Shown piece after piece: positions 1 through 13,252 of a DNA stretch of 64,000 nucleotides. Each line of letters starts with the position of its first letter. Position 1 is the stretch's first letter. The notes beneath the pieces were generated by a model. It did not search any database and was not told the DNA's origin. It saw nothing but the letters and a program-made list of their open reading frames with translations. The translations under genes and the position numbers were made by a program. Source of the stretch: Octopus vulgaris (lineage: Eukaryota). Where the stretch lies: NCBI GenBank assembly GCA_951406725.2, contig OX597830.1, positions 29,760,001 to 29,824,000 on the forward strand. Direction: 5' to 3'.

Positions 1-351
1 GGTTTTCTCACTAACGGTTGTCCATTCACGAGTCGTATGTCCTATTCTGGTAAAATTTATAGGTGATGCAGAAATAACTGAGGAGAAATACTATTTTAAG
101 GCCTCTGTGTTTTGTCCACCACTCTGACACTTTTTGCCATAGTTAGTTACTATGCAGCGGAAAAACCACCCGTCTATCTTTACTTTTTGGTTATTGAATG
201 CCACCAATTAGAATATTGCTTATAACATTATTTGTCGTATTCACTTTGGGCTGACTAGAAAGTATAGAATGTAGAAGGCTGTGGGCGTGTGATAACATTT
301 CAGAAAACCAGAAGTGCAAGCTGGGTCTACGCTTGACAAAGGACCACAATA

Positions 352-863
352 CCATAAATCCTCGAGTATAGTCCGCCCTTGAGTATAATACCCAGGGGAT
401 TTTTAGGGGCTGTACCTCTGAAAATCCTAAACCTTGTGTATAATACGCACCCCTTCTCTAACTTGAGTCAAGGAGGTCTATATAACGTCCTTGTTTTGTA
501 AAAATGTATACGGTAACACCCTCTATTGTTATTGCATATATAACATAATGCAAACGTGTAGCTCTTTTGTGCATTTTGTTTGCAGTAAATAAAAAAAAAT
601 AACAGTAATAATTTTTAATATATGTTGCTTACTGCAATTTGTGGACGACTTTTTATGACTTCATTGCTTTCAGGCTTAGGTTAAGGTATTTTCGCGCTGG
701 ACATCACAAAATACGTCTGAGTAAACATTGCCGGACAGCAAATAGAGACTCGGACATTGCTTAGAAAATAATTTTAATTTTTAATCTCGTGTATAGTACG
801 CACGAGGGATTTTGACCTTTAAATTTTGGGGAAAAAATGTGGATTATACTCGAGGATTTACGG
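352..863. mobile_element. pogo/Tigger-like (Tc1/mariner superfamily) non-autonomous MITE
   Basis: TIR CCATAAATCCTCGAGTATAGTCCGC (352-) matches the reverse complement of GTGGATTATACTCGAGGATTTACGG (-863). TA on the left, TG on the right. Subterminal repeats GTATAATACGCAC/GTATAGTACGCAC. No ORF. Confidence 0.75.
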
Positions 864-2095
864 TGCTTTTATGAAAGTAATTTACCAGGTGTTTCAGCTA
901 CAGCATATGCTTGTGCATCAGGATCCTCTACATAGCCATGCAAATATTAGCTATAATAGCAGAAGAACAGCAAGAATAATGGTTATATTAATAAAGAAAA
1001 TAATAGACCAATGTGTACCGATTGTATTGACGATTATATTTATCTAGAAGAGATGACATAGCATTATAAAGAATATATTCCTCACATATAATGTACAGCT
1101 AAATATATGACAACGGCAATATAATAGATAATGCCTTTTATAACACAAATGATGTGGTCTGTAATCAAGAAAAATGTAATTGAGGCAGTAAATATGAAGA
1201 ACTACGTGAAAAGCTATAAACTTCACAGAATGATGTTACACTATACTAATGAAGCTAATTACAAAGTATGCTATGTGAGAAATACTAACACATCTAAATA
1301 CCCACAAGCTGACAAAAATAAAGGAAGCTTTAATGACAAGACTGTCTGACGCCGTGTACACGTCAATAACGCTGATAGGAGCCGCGGCAGCTGTCGTGTT
1401 CAGACCGAGTTCACATCGCCCGACAGTGTTGTGGTCGCCATCAGATTCTACCGAGAGAGACGTATGGCGACCCAACAGCGTAGATTCTAAGAGTGTGTCA
1501 ATCTGCTAGAAATAGCAACCAATCCTCCTTCAAATCATTTTTTACGCACTAATAAAACTTATTCAGAAAAATGTACCCTGAAGGCAATATGCCTTAAAGA
1601 AAGATGTATTGGTTGCAGCTTGAATACCTTTGCTCATTGCTTTCCCTAACCAGGGCCTGGATTACGAGAATAAACAATATGAACTAAAATATGATGGATC
1701 ATCACATGCGTTTTTGATTTTTAAAAAATAGTAGCTGAATTTCCCTCAAAATATTACATTCACAACTTTCAAATGTAGAAAATATAGGTAATGTGATCTT
1801 TGATGTACTATCTATCATGGATATAATATATACGACATGGTCATGGGTGGAACATTAACAATAAAATTTATCTGTCTAGTGTAGTACTAGACACCACTCT
1901 ACAGTAAGAGCAAACAAGAATGGACAGTGGAATTAGTAGAACATGACCAAACTACAATCAAACTATGGTGAAATCAAACGAATGTTTTCCGCCATTCAAG
2001 ACACAAAGCAAAAACATTGTGATTCATTATAACTGTCTAAAATCTAATCTTTTAATTACTTCACTTTACTCCTTCTTCTCTTGCATCATCTGCAG

Positions 2096-2176
2096 GGGTT
2101 GGCGATTATTGACTTCCTTGATAAGGCATGGAGGTTCATTGTGTTCTTTTCTTTGTTTTGGATTGTTTTTCTTGAG
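2096..2176 (+). CDS. Candidate 81-nt internal exon of an unidentified gene (frame 0: GLAIIDFLDKAWRFIVFFSLFWIVFLE)
   Basis: Long polypyrimidine tract ending TGCAG| at 2095, donor GAG|GTAAGA at 2176/2177, length a multiple of 3, two frames open. No homology recognised. Confidence 0.4.
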
Positions 2177-3023
2177 GTAAGACTCAACATAAATTTCCTT
2201 TTCTCCTCTCGTCGTCTGTCGGTTTATTTTCAGTTTCCTCTTTACACATAAAGCACGGGATTTTTTAAAGCATCACCAGGGACACGGTTTCACGTGGAAT
2301 TAGGGTGTGCCCTCACATTAGTAGACCTCGATGAATAATATCACATGTCAATACATATAAAGTGCATAAATATCAAATAAAAACCAGTTTCCTGAAACAA
2401 CGGGCAATTTAATCCAGTTGAACGCCACTAGCAATGTCTAAGGGCACCGTCAGTGTTAGGTACAGTGACATTATTATACAAGTGTGCCGCAAGAAGTATC
2501 TTGGTGAAGGGTGTTCTTTTTTTTTCCTTTGATATAGTAGAGCTTTAAAAATCTACACTAACGCTAATGTTTCGAAAGCGTGCCATTTGTAATTGTATTA
2601 CAAGCATGTATGATTCATCAAACAGTATATTTATCAATATATTTTTGTTTCCTTTTCCAAATTTTAAACCTTAAGATATAGTTTACTGTTTAAAATCTCC
2701 TATGCGAAAGTAATATATTTAGCTGAGCCCCAAGTTTGTAATGAAAGCAATAAGAATGAGAAACCTTACTTTTGGTTGAATTCTCTGTTCTTATCCACGA
2801 AGTCTGGCGATAAATAAATGCACGGGGTCGCACATGATGTCCTTAGCTTCGCTGTGAACGTAGACATACGCTGGAATATATTTCTAAGGCCTTGGATGAA
2901 AATTGGGCCAACGGATTCAGTTGTGAATTAAAATTTCATTTGGATTCAGTAATATCGATATAACAATGCACACAGAGGGTGGCAGGTTTCGTGTGCAAGT
3001 TATAGACAGACGTGCTACATATA

Positions 3024-3244
3024 CGGAGGTAAAGTGCTGAAAAGTTCCTGGCTTTTGGGTAAAAGAAAATACAGGAAGGACAGTTAATTATGATTCTATT
3101 CAACGTGTTCGCCTCTCAGATTCACACATTTATTACAGCGCGTCTTCAATTTTTTCTGAGCCTTGTAAAATAACTCGGAAGATTGGGCCTCCAACCAGAC
3201 CTTTCGTGACATCCTTAGAGCAAGGAACTTTTCAGCACCCCTCG
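3024..3244 (-). mobile_element. Internally deleted mariner (MITE)
   Basis: TIR core GTGCTGAAAAGTTCCT(G/T)GC at both ends. The minus strand retains a mariner transposase C-terminus (KKLKTRCNKCVNLRGEHVE*). Confidence 0.8.
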
Positions 3245-3313
3245 TTCATACACAGTATAATATTTGTGTTTTGAAAATAAAATGCTTTTACGCTGAAGAC
3301 AACAGCATTCTCT

Positions 3314-3368
<55 letters not shown>

Positions 3369-3375
3369 AAGTAGT
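3314..3375. repeat. (TAG)n microsatellite
   Basis: Direct reading. Confidence 0.95.
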
Positions 3376-3524
3376 TAAATTAACATTTGGATACACACGT
3401 GCTTCAACTACGGCTGATTATCACTACAAAACATTCCTATTTCAAATGAGAAACTCTATGTATATCAAAAAAATATAATCCATTGACATTTAATGCAACA
3501 AAATTAACTGTTGTTGACACCCCA

Positions 3525-3647
<123 letters not shown>

Positions 3648-3844
3648 ATAAGCCAGATAAGGAAATTATATATAGTTATTCAACGTGCTATAAAGTGTTG
3701 TTATACCGACATAAATTCATAATTCATCTTCGTTAAAAACTTCATATTAGATAACAATGTACTTCTGCATTACTTGCAAATAAGAAAAGAACGGACATTT
3801 GAAAAGAACATAACTTTGTTCAGAATGTAGTCAAATACTGTTGT

Positions 3845-3990
3845 CAAATGAGTTCAAATACTGTCCATGTCGATTTTGCCTTTCATCCTTCGGGGTCGAT
3901 GACATATGTACCAGTTGAGCATTGAGGTCAATGTAATCGACTAACCACTTCTCCCAATTCTCAAGTTTGAGCCGACTATAGTAGAAAGGA
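3845..3990 (+). mobile_element. SINE family A, degenerate 5'-truncated copy
   Basis: GAGTTCAAAT B-box remnant followed by TTTGCCTTTCATCCTTCGGGGTCGAT...GTACCAG, as in the intact copies at 47251 and 58024. Confidence 0.7.
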
Positions 3991-4111
3991 TCAAGTTATT
4001 TATCCCTATTGCGGTGAGCAGGTAGAAGAGAAGCTAAACAATTTGATATTGATATAAAAATTTAGAATATTACTATGCAACTTGTATCATGCGTATAAGT
4101 TCAGACATTCA

Positions 4112-4347
4112 GGAGGCGCAATGGCCTAGTGGTTAGGGCAGCGGACTTGCGGTCGGAGGATCGCGGTTTCGATTCCCAGACCGGGCGTTGTGTGTGTTTA
4201 TTGAGCGAAAAAAACACCTAAAAGCTCCACGAGGCTCCGGCAGGAGGTGGTGATCCCTGCTGTACTCTTTCACCACTCTAAAGGCGGTGCTCCAGCATGG
4301 CCGCAGTCAAATGACTGAAACAAGTACAAAAAAAAAAAAAAAAAAAA
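4112..4347 (+). mobile_element. SINE family C (tRNA-derived head; resembles octopus OR-type SINEs) carrying a family-B 3' tail and poly(A)
   Basis: GGAGGCGCAATGGCCTAGTGGTTAGG A-box and GGTTTCGATTCCC B-box. From ~4279 the sequence is the family-B tail AAAGGCGGTGCTCCAGCATGGCCGCAGTCAAATGACTGAAACAAGTA, then an A-run. Confidence 0.85.
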
Positions 4348-4652
4348 TGTAAAATAATTTATTATACTTTGAAATAAAAATTATTATATGATGAAGGCTG
4401 CGAACTGGTCATCATACAACAGATATCAACTGATGAAATAAATTTATTCATTTCTAATACCTTCTGAATCATTTTAAGCTTTGTATTCTCTACATGGAAT
4501 ACTTTCATTCATGGGATCTACTAGATCTCAGCTGTATAGGTCTTTACAAAACACACCTTCGTATTGTTCTATTGAGCTATGTTGCTAAGTTCATTAGAGG
4601 AGCCTTTTTCTGATTGCCACAGGATTATAAACAAATTTTGTACGTTAAACTT

Positions 4653-4735
<83 letters not shown>

Positions 4736-4736
4736 T

Positions 4737-4769
<33 letters not shown>

Positions 4770-4794
4770 TACACACACATCGATCATATTTATA

Positions 4795-4955
4795 GAAACA
4801 AGAGACGAAGACAGGTGGAGGAAAAACTAATAGGGGTGTTAATTTCACATTCGGGAAGAATGGAATGGTTTTTTACATTTCGAGCCTAAGCTCTTCGACA
4901 GAAAGTATTAAAAGAAAAACAACGGTGAGAGAGAGAAAACTGTGTAGAGAATAAC
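4795..4955 (-). mobile_element. Short PLE-pLTR-like element with degenerate hammerhead motif
   Basis: Minus strand CTGTCGA-A-GAGC-TTAG-GCTC-GAAA-TGTAA. Homologous to 10482-10660. Lies between microsatellites. Confidence 0.6.
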
Positions 4956-4964
4956 TGTTCAACA

Positions 4965-4973
4965 TAGATATAA

Positions 4974-5056
<83 letters not shown>

Positions 5057-5060
5057 TAGA
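4965..5060. repeat. (GATA)n microsatellite
   Basis: Direct reading. Other GATA/TATC arrays at ~7470-7565, 27712-27923 and 43787-43860. Confidence 0.95.
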
Positions 5061-5726
5061 TACATACATACTTACATATTTTTCTTTTCTTTCTTATTCA
5101 TTTTTATTTTTATTAGAGAATAATTTTTATGTATTCAGAGCCTTAATTATTAACTGAGAATACACGGAACGTTAAGAAAACGCGTCAGACTATTTTATGA
5201 AGAGAGGCGTGAAATTTATACTACCTAAGTTCTAAATCCCATGTGTATTAAATGCTGTTTATCTCTCACTGGATGAACTATTTTTCTCTGTTAATCCCAC
5301 CAACAACACTACATTCGTAAAAATGCCTATAGAATAAGCAGTAGTCCTGGGGTCGATTTGTTCGATTAAAAAACCCTTCAAGGGTCTGTGTGCATGTGTG
5401 TGTGTGACATAAATCTATATTTGTATACATAGAATTAGAAAGAAAATTTTATTTTTTGAATTCATTAAATTATTTTAGGCCTCACCCTCCGTCTTCTATG
5501 TTCCCTTTAACCCTCATCCTGGTCTCACTATCTTCTTCTCCTTTTTGTCTTTAATTGCCTTATTCAACTAGAATGGGGAATTACTTTTCTCCAGTTGTCC
5601 ATTCTAGTTTACTATTATGATAAATTCATTCATTTTCTCCATCTAAAACAAAGCAAAGCAGTATAAATCATTGAAGATGCTTCATAAATACAGAATAAAG
5701 AAATTTAGAGAAAAGGAAAGCAATAT

Positions 5727-5851
<125 letters not shown>

Positions 5852-5914
5852 TCCCGGGTTGAGTCGGGGTTAACCACAGTAAATAAGGTACTCAATACAT
5901 AGCAGAGTAAATTA

Positions 5915-6039
5915 ATTTATTTTATAGAAGGAGCTTCTACAGGACTAGAACTGTTTCATTCAAAAGAAATCATCAGGAAGCTCCTGATGATTTCTTTTGA
6001 ATGAAACAGTTCTAGTCCTGTAGAAGCTCCTTCTATAAA

Positions 6040-6045
<6 letters not shown>
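5915..6045. repeat. Perfect inverted repeat, 64-bp arms with a 3-nt spacer, inside a (TA)n-flanked element (5850-6045)
   Basis: 5915-5978 is the exact reverse complement of 5982-6045. Spacer AGC. Confidence 0.95.
5930..5984 (-). ncRNA. Type I hammerhead ribozyme motif (a second copy with bulged stem I lies on + at ~5979-6028)
   Basis: Minus strand: GGAGCTTC-CTGATGA-TTTC TTTT GAAT-GAAA-CAG TTCTAGTC CTG-TA-GAAGCTCC. This gives an 8-bp stem I, intact CUGAUGA/GAAA core and a GUA triplet. Stem II is weak (closing U.U). Confidence 0.75.
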
Positions 6046-6098
<53 letters not shown>

Positions 6099-6106
6099 TA
6101 TATATA

Positions 6107-6248
6107 CTTTATTTCCCGTGAACGTGAAACTCAGAGTAACAGGTTTTGTTGAATTTTCTGCTGCTTTAATTAAAGCATATTACTCTACCACTGGTATTTG
6201 AGTAGTCTTTTTTTCCACTTTGTTTCACATTTATGTGTTTACTCCGGT
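6107..6248 (+). mobile_element. Truncated PLE-pLTR-like element (3' half of an HHR)
   Basis: GTGAAACTCAGAGTA (GAAA-stem III-GUA), followed by a TACTCT...GTATTTGAGTA motif also present in the 5850-6045 element. Flanked by TA repeats. Confidence 0.4.
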
Positions 6249-6261
6249 ATATATATATATT

Positions 6262-6461
6262 AGACACAATGAGATAACAGAGCCAAGGCTTTGTGGAGTT
6301 TTCGGGACATTTATAAGGAAGAAGATATAAATATACTTTACAGCTGTTTTTGGGATATTATGGATATCCATTCATCAGAGATGGTGTGAGGTGTTTAAAT
6401 AGAGGTAAATTTTGAGTTCGAAATAAGGAATTATAATGGAAAAGGAGGATATAGGGAAAAA

Positions 6462-6465
<4 letters not shown>
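6262..6465 (-). mobile_element. (TA)n-nested element with degenerate minimal HHR (6336-6381)
   Basis: Minus strand CTGATGA-A-TGGATAT..ATATCCCA-AAAA(GAAA mutated)-CAGCTG-TA, with a palindromic stem III. Confidence 0.55.
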
Positions 6466-6514
<49 letters not shown>

Positions 6515-6553
6515 GTACATATATATGTGTATGTATGTACATTTATTTATATG

Positions 6554-6589
<36 letters not shown>

Positions 6590-6601
6590 TATATATGTGT
6601 G

Positions 6602-6654
<53 letters not shown>

Positions 6655-6832
6655 TGTATAGGAATAGAAATTATTGAGAATTAGGAAAACATAAGGGATA
6701 CAAAACGAGAAATATATGGAAGTAAATGCAAATATGAAAACAGATTTACAATGCAATTATCATAGGCTTTCGAAGGTCCAACGATGTTCACACTTTCTTC
6801 TGCAACGACATACATTTTGGATTTGTCTGCAT

Positions 6833-6889
<57 letters not shown>

Positions 6890-7428
6890 CATGTGTGTAC
6901 GTATGTACACACATACACACACAGGCACACACACACACACACATATACATATGTACATATATATATATTACTGTTTGTTTATGCGTAAGATCAACATGAA
7001 CTGCTTATTCTAGGGACAGATAAATATCATTGAATATGCACAGAATTTAACAAAAGACCTACTAATAGTTTCATACTTGTTATATAAATCTTCAAAATTA
7101 TTATATCTCTACAGCATGAAACTATTTGTGGCTTACTTAAATTGTGTGCATATCAAATGATATGTATGCGGGCTGGGGCTGGTTTGTATATACATATATA
7201 TGTATGTATGTACGTGGGTAAGTATATACATACATATACATATGTAAGTATATATGAATGCATATATGTATATGTGTACTTATATCTGTATGTTTATATA
7301 TATGAGTATATATATACATATATATATATAAACACAAACAAATGTATACAAATATACATAGATATATTCACCTATGTATCTACGTATTTATCTATATACA
7401 CTTCTATCTGTGTGTGTATATATGTGTG

Positions 7429-7463
<35 letters not shown>

Positions 7464-7487
7464 TTCATCTATCTATCTAACTATCTG

Positions 7488-7560
<73 letters not shown>

Positions 7561-8422
7561 CTACCTATATATATATATATATTTATGTGTGCGTGTGTGT
7601 GTGTATGTATATATGCATTTATATATGTATGTATGTAAACTTATTTACAGAGAGAGATAATATACACATTCTTACCAAGTGGGGGATAGAAGTACTCTGT
7701 GGGATCTGGTTAATACCGACGTAGGGGTTTCTAGAGACATAAGCGTAGACTTAAAACAAACAAGACATTAGAAGAGAGGAAGGGAATATAAAAAAAGGAA
7801 AATATCAAATAAATAAATAAATAATTGTAAGAACCAAGTTCTCTAGATCTAGAAGTTAGAGTCACGTGGATCAAAACCAACGAAGATAAACAAACAGAAG
7901 CAGTTGAGAGTTGAATGCCAAGTAAAATCTTTTACCAGCCACAGAATCCGTATTACAACGAAGATATTTAGCCTTTGAGGAATATCAGTTTTCAACTTGT
8001 CACTATTATACCGTGTGTGTATGTGAACCAGTGTTTATGTGAATCTATGTATATGTGAATCAGAATGCATGTGTGTGTTTGCCCGCGTGTGTGTTCGTGT
8101 GCGTGTGCGTGTGTGTATTAGCGGTTGTTCTTATGTTGTGTGTATATATGTGTTTTTTTTATTTTTGTTTCAAAGTGTGAGTATAAGTATGCTTTCGTCG
8201 ACGATGGAACAAAAAGGAAAGGAAAAGTATAAATAAATGGAAAGGAGTTTGTAGTCGACTATTAACCAAAAAGGAAGAATGAAGACAAAATTAAGACAAC
8301 AAATAAAAAAAAAAACACTCCAAAAATAATAGAAAGAAACTTCAGTGAAAAACCGAACAGAAGCAAAACAAAATGGAGGAAATTTGCAAAAGAATCATAG
8401 ATATAAATTTGTATTAGTTTAT

Positions 8423-8423
<1 letters not shown>

Positions 8424-8472
<49 letters not shown>

Positions 8473-8503
8473 TGTTGTTGTTGTTGTAGTGGTAGTAGTA
8501 GTG

Positions 8504-8534
<31 letters not shown>

Positions 8535-8710
8535 TGGTAGTAGTAGTAGTGGTAGTAGTAGTAGTAGTAGTAGCAGCAGTAGCAGCAACAGCAGCAGCAG
8601 CAACAACAGCATTAGTTGTAGTAATAGTAACAGCAGCAGTGGCAGCTGTAGTATAAATAGTAACATTAGTAATGGCAGCTGCGGTAGTTGAAGTAGTAAT
8701 AGTAATAGTT

Positions 8711-8774
<64 letters not shown>

Positions 8775-8785
8775 CAGTAGTAGTG
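8424..8785. repeat. Compound trinucleotide array (GTA/GTT/GTG/GCA)n
   Basis: Direct reading. Confidence 0.95.
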
Positions 8786-9774
8786 ACGGCACAGGCAACA
8801 GCGGTCGCACCATCAGCGGTGGTCTCACCAGCGCCGTTATTGGTATGGTCGAAAAGTCTGTTGTTTGACTCTTGCGATTTATAATGCAATGATTTTGTTT
8901 GAGCTTAGATCACGCCTGATGGAACTGACTAATGGCCAACAGCATTCTACCCATGACCATTTTGTCTTCTACGAGCAAGTAATCCGAAAACTACAATATC
9001 CAACGTATTTTTTATAACTGGATTATGATTTCATTTCTAGTAGAACGAGCAGTCACTTTGCTCCTTTCTTGTTGGTTTACAAGTGTTTCGTCGTCATCCA
9101 ATGAGAAATCTAAGTGTTGTTTCACTTATCACACGCAAAGATAATTGTCATTTTGCTCGTGAGCACGCACAGTGGTGTCTTTTTATATCGCAGTGGTCGG
9201 AAGGAGATGATTGATAGTGAGTGACAGCCTGGACACAAGACTTGCAATAGTGTAATAAATAAAATATATGCATACGTACCAATATATATGTACGTACCTA
9301 CATCTACATGTATATATACATGCATATATAAATATATATACGTGTGTACAGGACACCACAAATAGACGCAGAACTCAACGAGAAACGAAAACGTAAAAAC
9401 AGCATGGAACGGACCATTTTTTTAACAACGAAAAAATAGAGTACAAGACAACTACACAAGGAAAAATCCCCTTCATCAGCTGTCCCTAGTTCAACTCCAG
9501 CGTGTTTCGAAGGATGGACAGAACACGTCTCGCTGAAATAATCCTTCCTGCGAAAAAGTTAAAATAAAATTCCTTTGCAGAGGGGTAAAAACAAGGAAAA
9601 AAAAATGTGACAAAAATGTGACAAAAAAAGGACGTAAAAACAATACAATTATAAAGCAATATCGTTTGTGTCACTTTTGGCTCTGAGAGAATGAATCATC
9701 GCACAAGACCATACAAAAACTACTATCATTCTTTCTTGTTCGCAATGGATAAATCAAACAGTTTTAAATAATAA

Positions 9775-9970
<196 letters not shown>

Positions 9971-10320
9971 CCTTCCTACTAAAAGCACAAGGCCTGAAAA
10001 TATGTTGGAGTGGACTATTGGCACGGAGAGTTGTGATTTTTCCCGTATCGATGCACGATAAGCTTAAAAATTCAATTTTATGTTCCTCGGTTGGCAGTCA
10101 GATTTGACGGGTATGCGAATAAGAATAAAAAAATTAAGGAATAGAGTAGATAAAACCTGCGCTACGTATGTTTCATACCAAGCGGAAGCTCAGAAATCGT
10201 AAATATCGAAGTGAAGTACATACTGCAGGGTACTCTCCAGGTCAAGGACATCTTCATTAAATGAAGTTTACATCGTCGTTAAGAGGCCTATGTCAACACA
10301 GAGGATTTGATGAGAATATA

Positions 10321-10377
<57 letters not shown>

Positions 10378-10391
10378 ATATGCATGTTTCG

Positions 10392-10422
<31 letters not shown>

Positions 10423-10481
10423 ATATATGTATATATATATATATGTGTGTATATATATATATATGCATATATATATATATA

Positions 10482-10660
10482 AGGGGAAAATTTAAAAAAA
10501 AAAACAAAAGACGAAGACAGGTGGTCTAAACAACCAGCAGATGTATTAGTTTAATGCTCGAGAAGTGAAAAAGTTTTAATGTTTCGAGCCTACGCTCTTC
10601 CACAGAAACGAACACAATAAGAAACCAGGAGAGAAAACAAAGAATGTGTAGTGGCTAGAG
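10482..10660 (-). mobile_element. Short PLE-pLTR-like element with degenerate HHR
   Basis: Minus strand CTGTGGA-A-GAGC-GTAG-GCTC-GAAA-CAT-TA. Abuts (TA)n. Homologous to 4795-4955. Confidence 0.6.
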
Positions 10661-10913
10661 AGGAAAAGAAATAGTGAGATAAAGAGAGAACAGAGACAGA
10701 AAAACAGAGATATGAAGCACTGGATATGAACACAAATAGCGTAAATATAATGATCGCAAGTAAAGCTAATAAGAATGGGGTGTGTCGGACTATTCTTTTC
10801 ATCTTGAAAACCGTAACATTGTTCGGGTACATCAGATCAACACGACATATGTATTCTTTGTATGCATGTTTTTTTATGAATGTACCTATATATGTTAATA
10901 TAATCCATATACA

Positions 10914-10964
<51 letters not shown>

Positions 10965-11392
10965 TTATGTATATATGTATATATGTATATATATGTGTGT
11001 ATGTGTATGAAGGCACAGCTATGTGTGTATTTTGTTTTAGCTACGTAAAAGATAATGGAGGTAAAATCTTGAAGAGTTATGATTTCTAATCTTTATAAAT
11101 ATTTACATCTATATCTAGTTATCTGCTAAAAAATACGTACATCCATCACATATCGCTTGTATCAGTTCATCTCTAATCAGTCCACATATTTCGAATGTAT
11201 TTGTATGCATCCTTTCAGTGGAACACACACACATACACACACACACACACACATATACACGCACCTACAAGAACACACACATATATGCGGGCGCACACAC
11301 ACACACACACCCTTCATAAGTTATGCATACAAAAGCACGCTGATACACACGCACACCCTCTCATTTATATTTCAATATATATCATTATATAA

Positions 11393-11601
11393 GGCGGCGA
11401 GCTGGCAGAAGCGTCAGCACTCCGGGCGAAACGCTTAGCGGTATTTCGTCTGACTTTACGTTCTGAGTTCAAATTCCGACGAGGTCGAATTTGCCTTTCG
11501 TCGTTTCGGGGTCCATAAAATATTTATCATCTGCGTACTGTGTTCGATCTAGTCGACTGACTCCTCCCCCAGAATTTCTTGTGCCTAGCGTAGAAAAGAA
11601 T
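11393..11601 (+). mobile_element. SINE family A, full length
   Basis: GGCGGCGAGCTGGCAGAA head, GAGTTCAAATTCC B-box, central TTTGCCTTTC..TTTCGGGGTC domain, tail TTGTGCCTAGCGTAGAAAAGAAT. Confidence 0.85.
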
Positions 11602-11701
11602 GTACATCATTATATGTTTGTGTGTGTGTGTGTGTGCCTATTTGTTTCCGTAAATATACACTTATATATAGATGTATATATAAAAATATGTATGCTTATA
11701 T

Positions 11702-11733
<32 letters not shown>

Positions 11734-11797
11734 GCATATAGATACATTTACATATATATATATATACATGTATATATATGTAAATGTATCTATATAC

Positions 11798-11842
<45 letters not shown>

Positions 11843-11852
11843 CATACATATA

Positions 11853-11889
<37 letters not shown>

Positions 11890-11930
11890 TTCTTCATTTA
11901 TGGAGGTGATTGTGTTTGTTTTTGTCGGCA

Positions 11931-12017
<87 letters not shown>

Positions 12018-12767
12018 TATATGTAGGTATGTACACGCGTGCATATAAATACATAGTTATATTTATCAAGGTACACACACACACACACATACATATATAT
12101 ATATACTTACATTAAAACACATATACACTTACATACATGCAAACAGACACATCTATACTTATAAATAGATATTTATGTGTGTGTGTGTTCACACACATAT
12201 CTATGCTTACATATCTACATACACACAGCCAACATGTAGACCAAACGCTTTCTCTTATTTATATTTTGCTCCTTTCACACTTCGGATCAAGGCCATGCTG
12301 GGTTTTTTTTTTTGCTTTTTTTGACCAGCCTCCATTGTTTTTCTATTTCATTTCCTTCCTAACGCTTTCCATTCGTCATTGTCTTAAAACGTTCCTCTTT
12401 CTAAGCAAATAACTTACTCTTAAAATATGATGTGCAAAGTGTCTCAACGATTAAATCGTAAAAATTTTCTCATCGTTAGAATAATACTATGCACTGTGAA
12501 TTTAAACCTTCATTTTCTCGTACCCTATTTCTTTAGCGTTCTTTGACAGATATGGGAATCTAACCAAAAATCTCGATTTGCGACCATAGTGTTTTCCACC
12601 GAGTCCTTTTGTATGGCTCTGCTCTCAAAGCTCTAGCTTCTGTAGTCATTGTGCTCTAGCTCTGCTCTCAAAACTCTTTACCTCATGATGTGTTAAGTAC
12701 ACAGCTAGAGCACGAAAAATGTGTGGAATCTCATCCTATGTGTATGTATCTGTCTGTGTAGCTGTAC

Positions 12768-12833
<66 letters not shown>

Positions 12834-12844
12834 GTATAAACCTA

Positions 12845-13045
12845 CGTGTGTCTGTGTTAGTCCAACCACTACCACATCACAAGTAGTGATGGTTTGGTTT
12901 GTTTACCTCCTCGTTAACCAACGGTAGTTTCGGTAAAACAGGCCGATATAACAACGACCAGGCATAAAGATTATTAATGCCCTTGTTCGCCAAAATCCCA
13001 CCAAGGCGTTCCCCAGCGTACCTGCAACCCTATGATTATGATGAA
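12845..13045 (+). mobile_element. SINE family B, degenerate 3' half
   Basis: Weak similarity to the 3' half of 46364-46828. Confidence 0.45.
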
Positions 13046-13164
13046 TAAAGATAAAAAATAAAAGATAGGCGTACGTGGTGGGGTGAGTGTGTCTATGTGT
13101 GCGTGATGCATATGTTTATATGTATATAATATATGTATGTATGTGTGTATGTATGTGTGTCTAC

Positions 13165-13222
<58 letters not shown>

Positions 13223-13252
13223 ATTATTTATGAATGTATGTATGCATGTGAA

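Noticed and set aside
1500-1910. Two weakly similar tandem segments, related to 8890-9060 on the minus strand
   Set aside because: Probably an old repeat, but too degenerate to delimit or classify by eye.
2066-2270. Minus-strand open frame RKLKINRQTTRGEKEIYVES...
   Set aside because: No start or acceptor and no homology; it is the antisense of the better-supported + strand exon candidate.
8262-8889. Poly-Thr/Leu/Val ORFs resembling a mucin or membrane protein
   Set aside because: Compound trinucleotide array open in several frames on both strands, with no domain or convincing splice context.
9440-9520. Minus-strand CTGATGA-A-GGGGA hairpin as a hammerhead (similar partial cores at ~28815 and ~33395)
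   Set aside because: No correctly placed GAAA/stem III/NUH could be assembled; at most decayed fragments.
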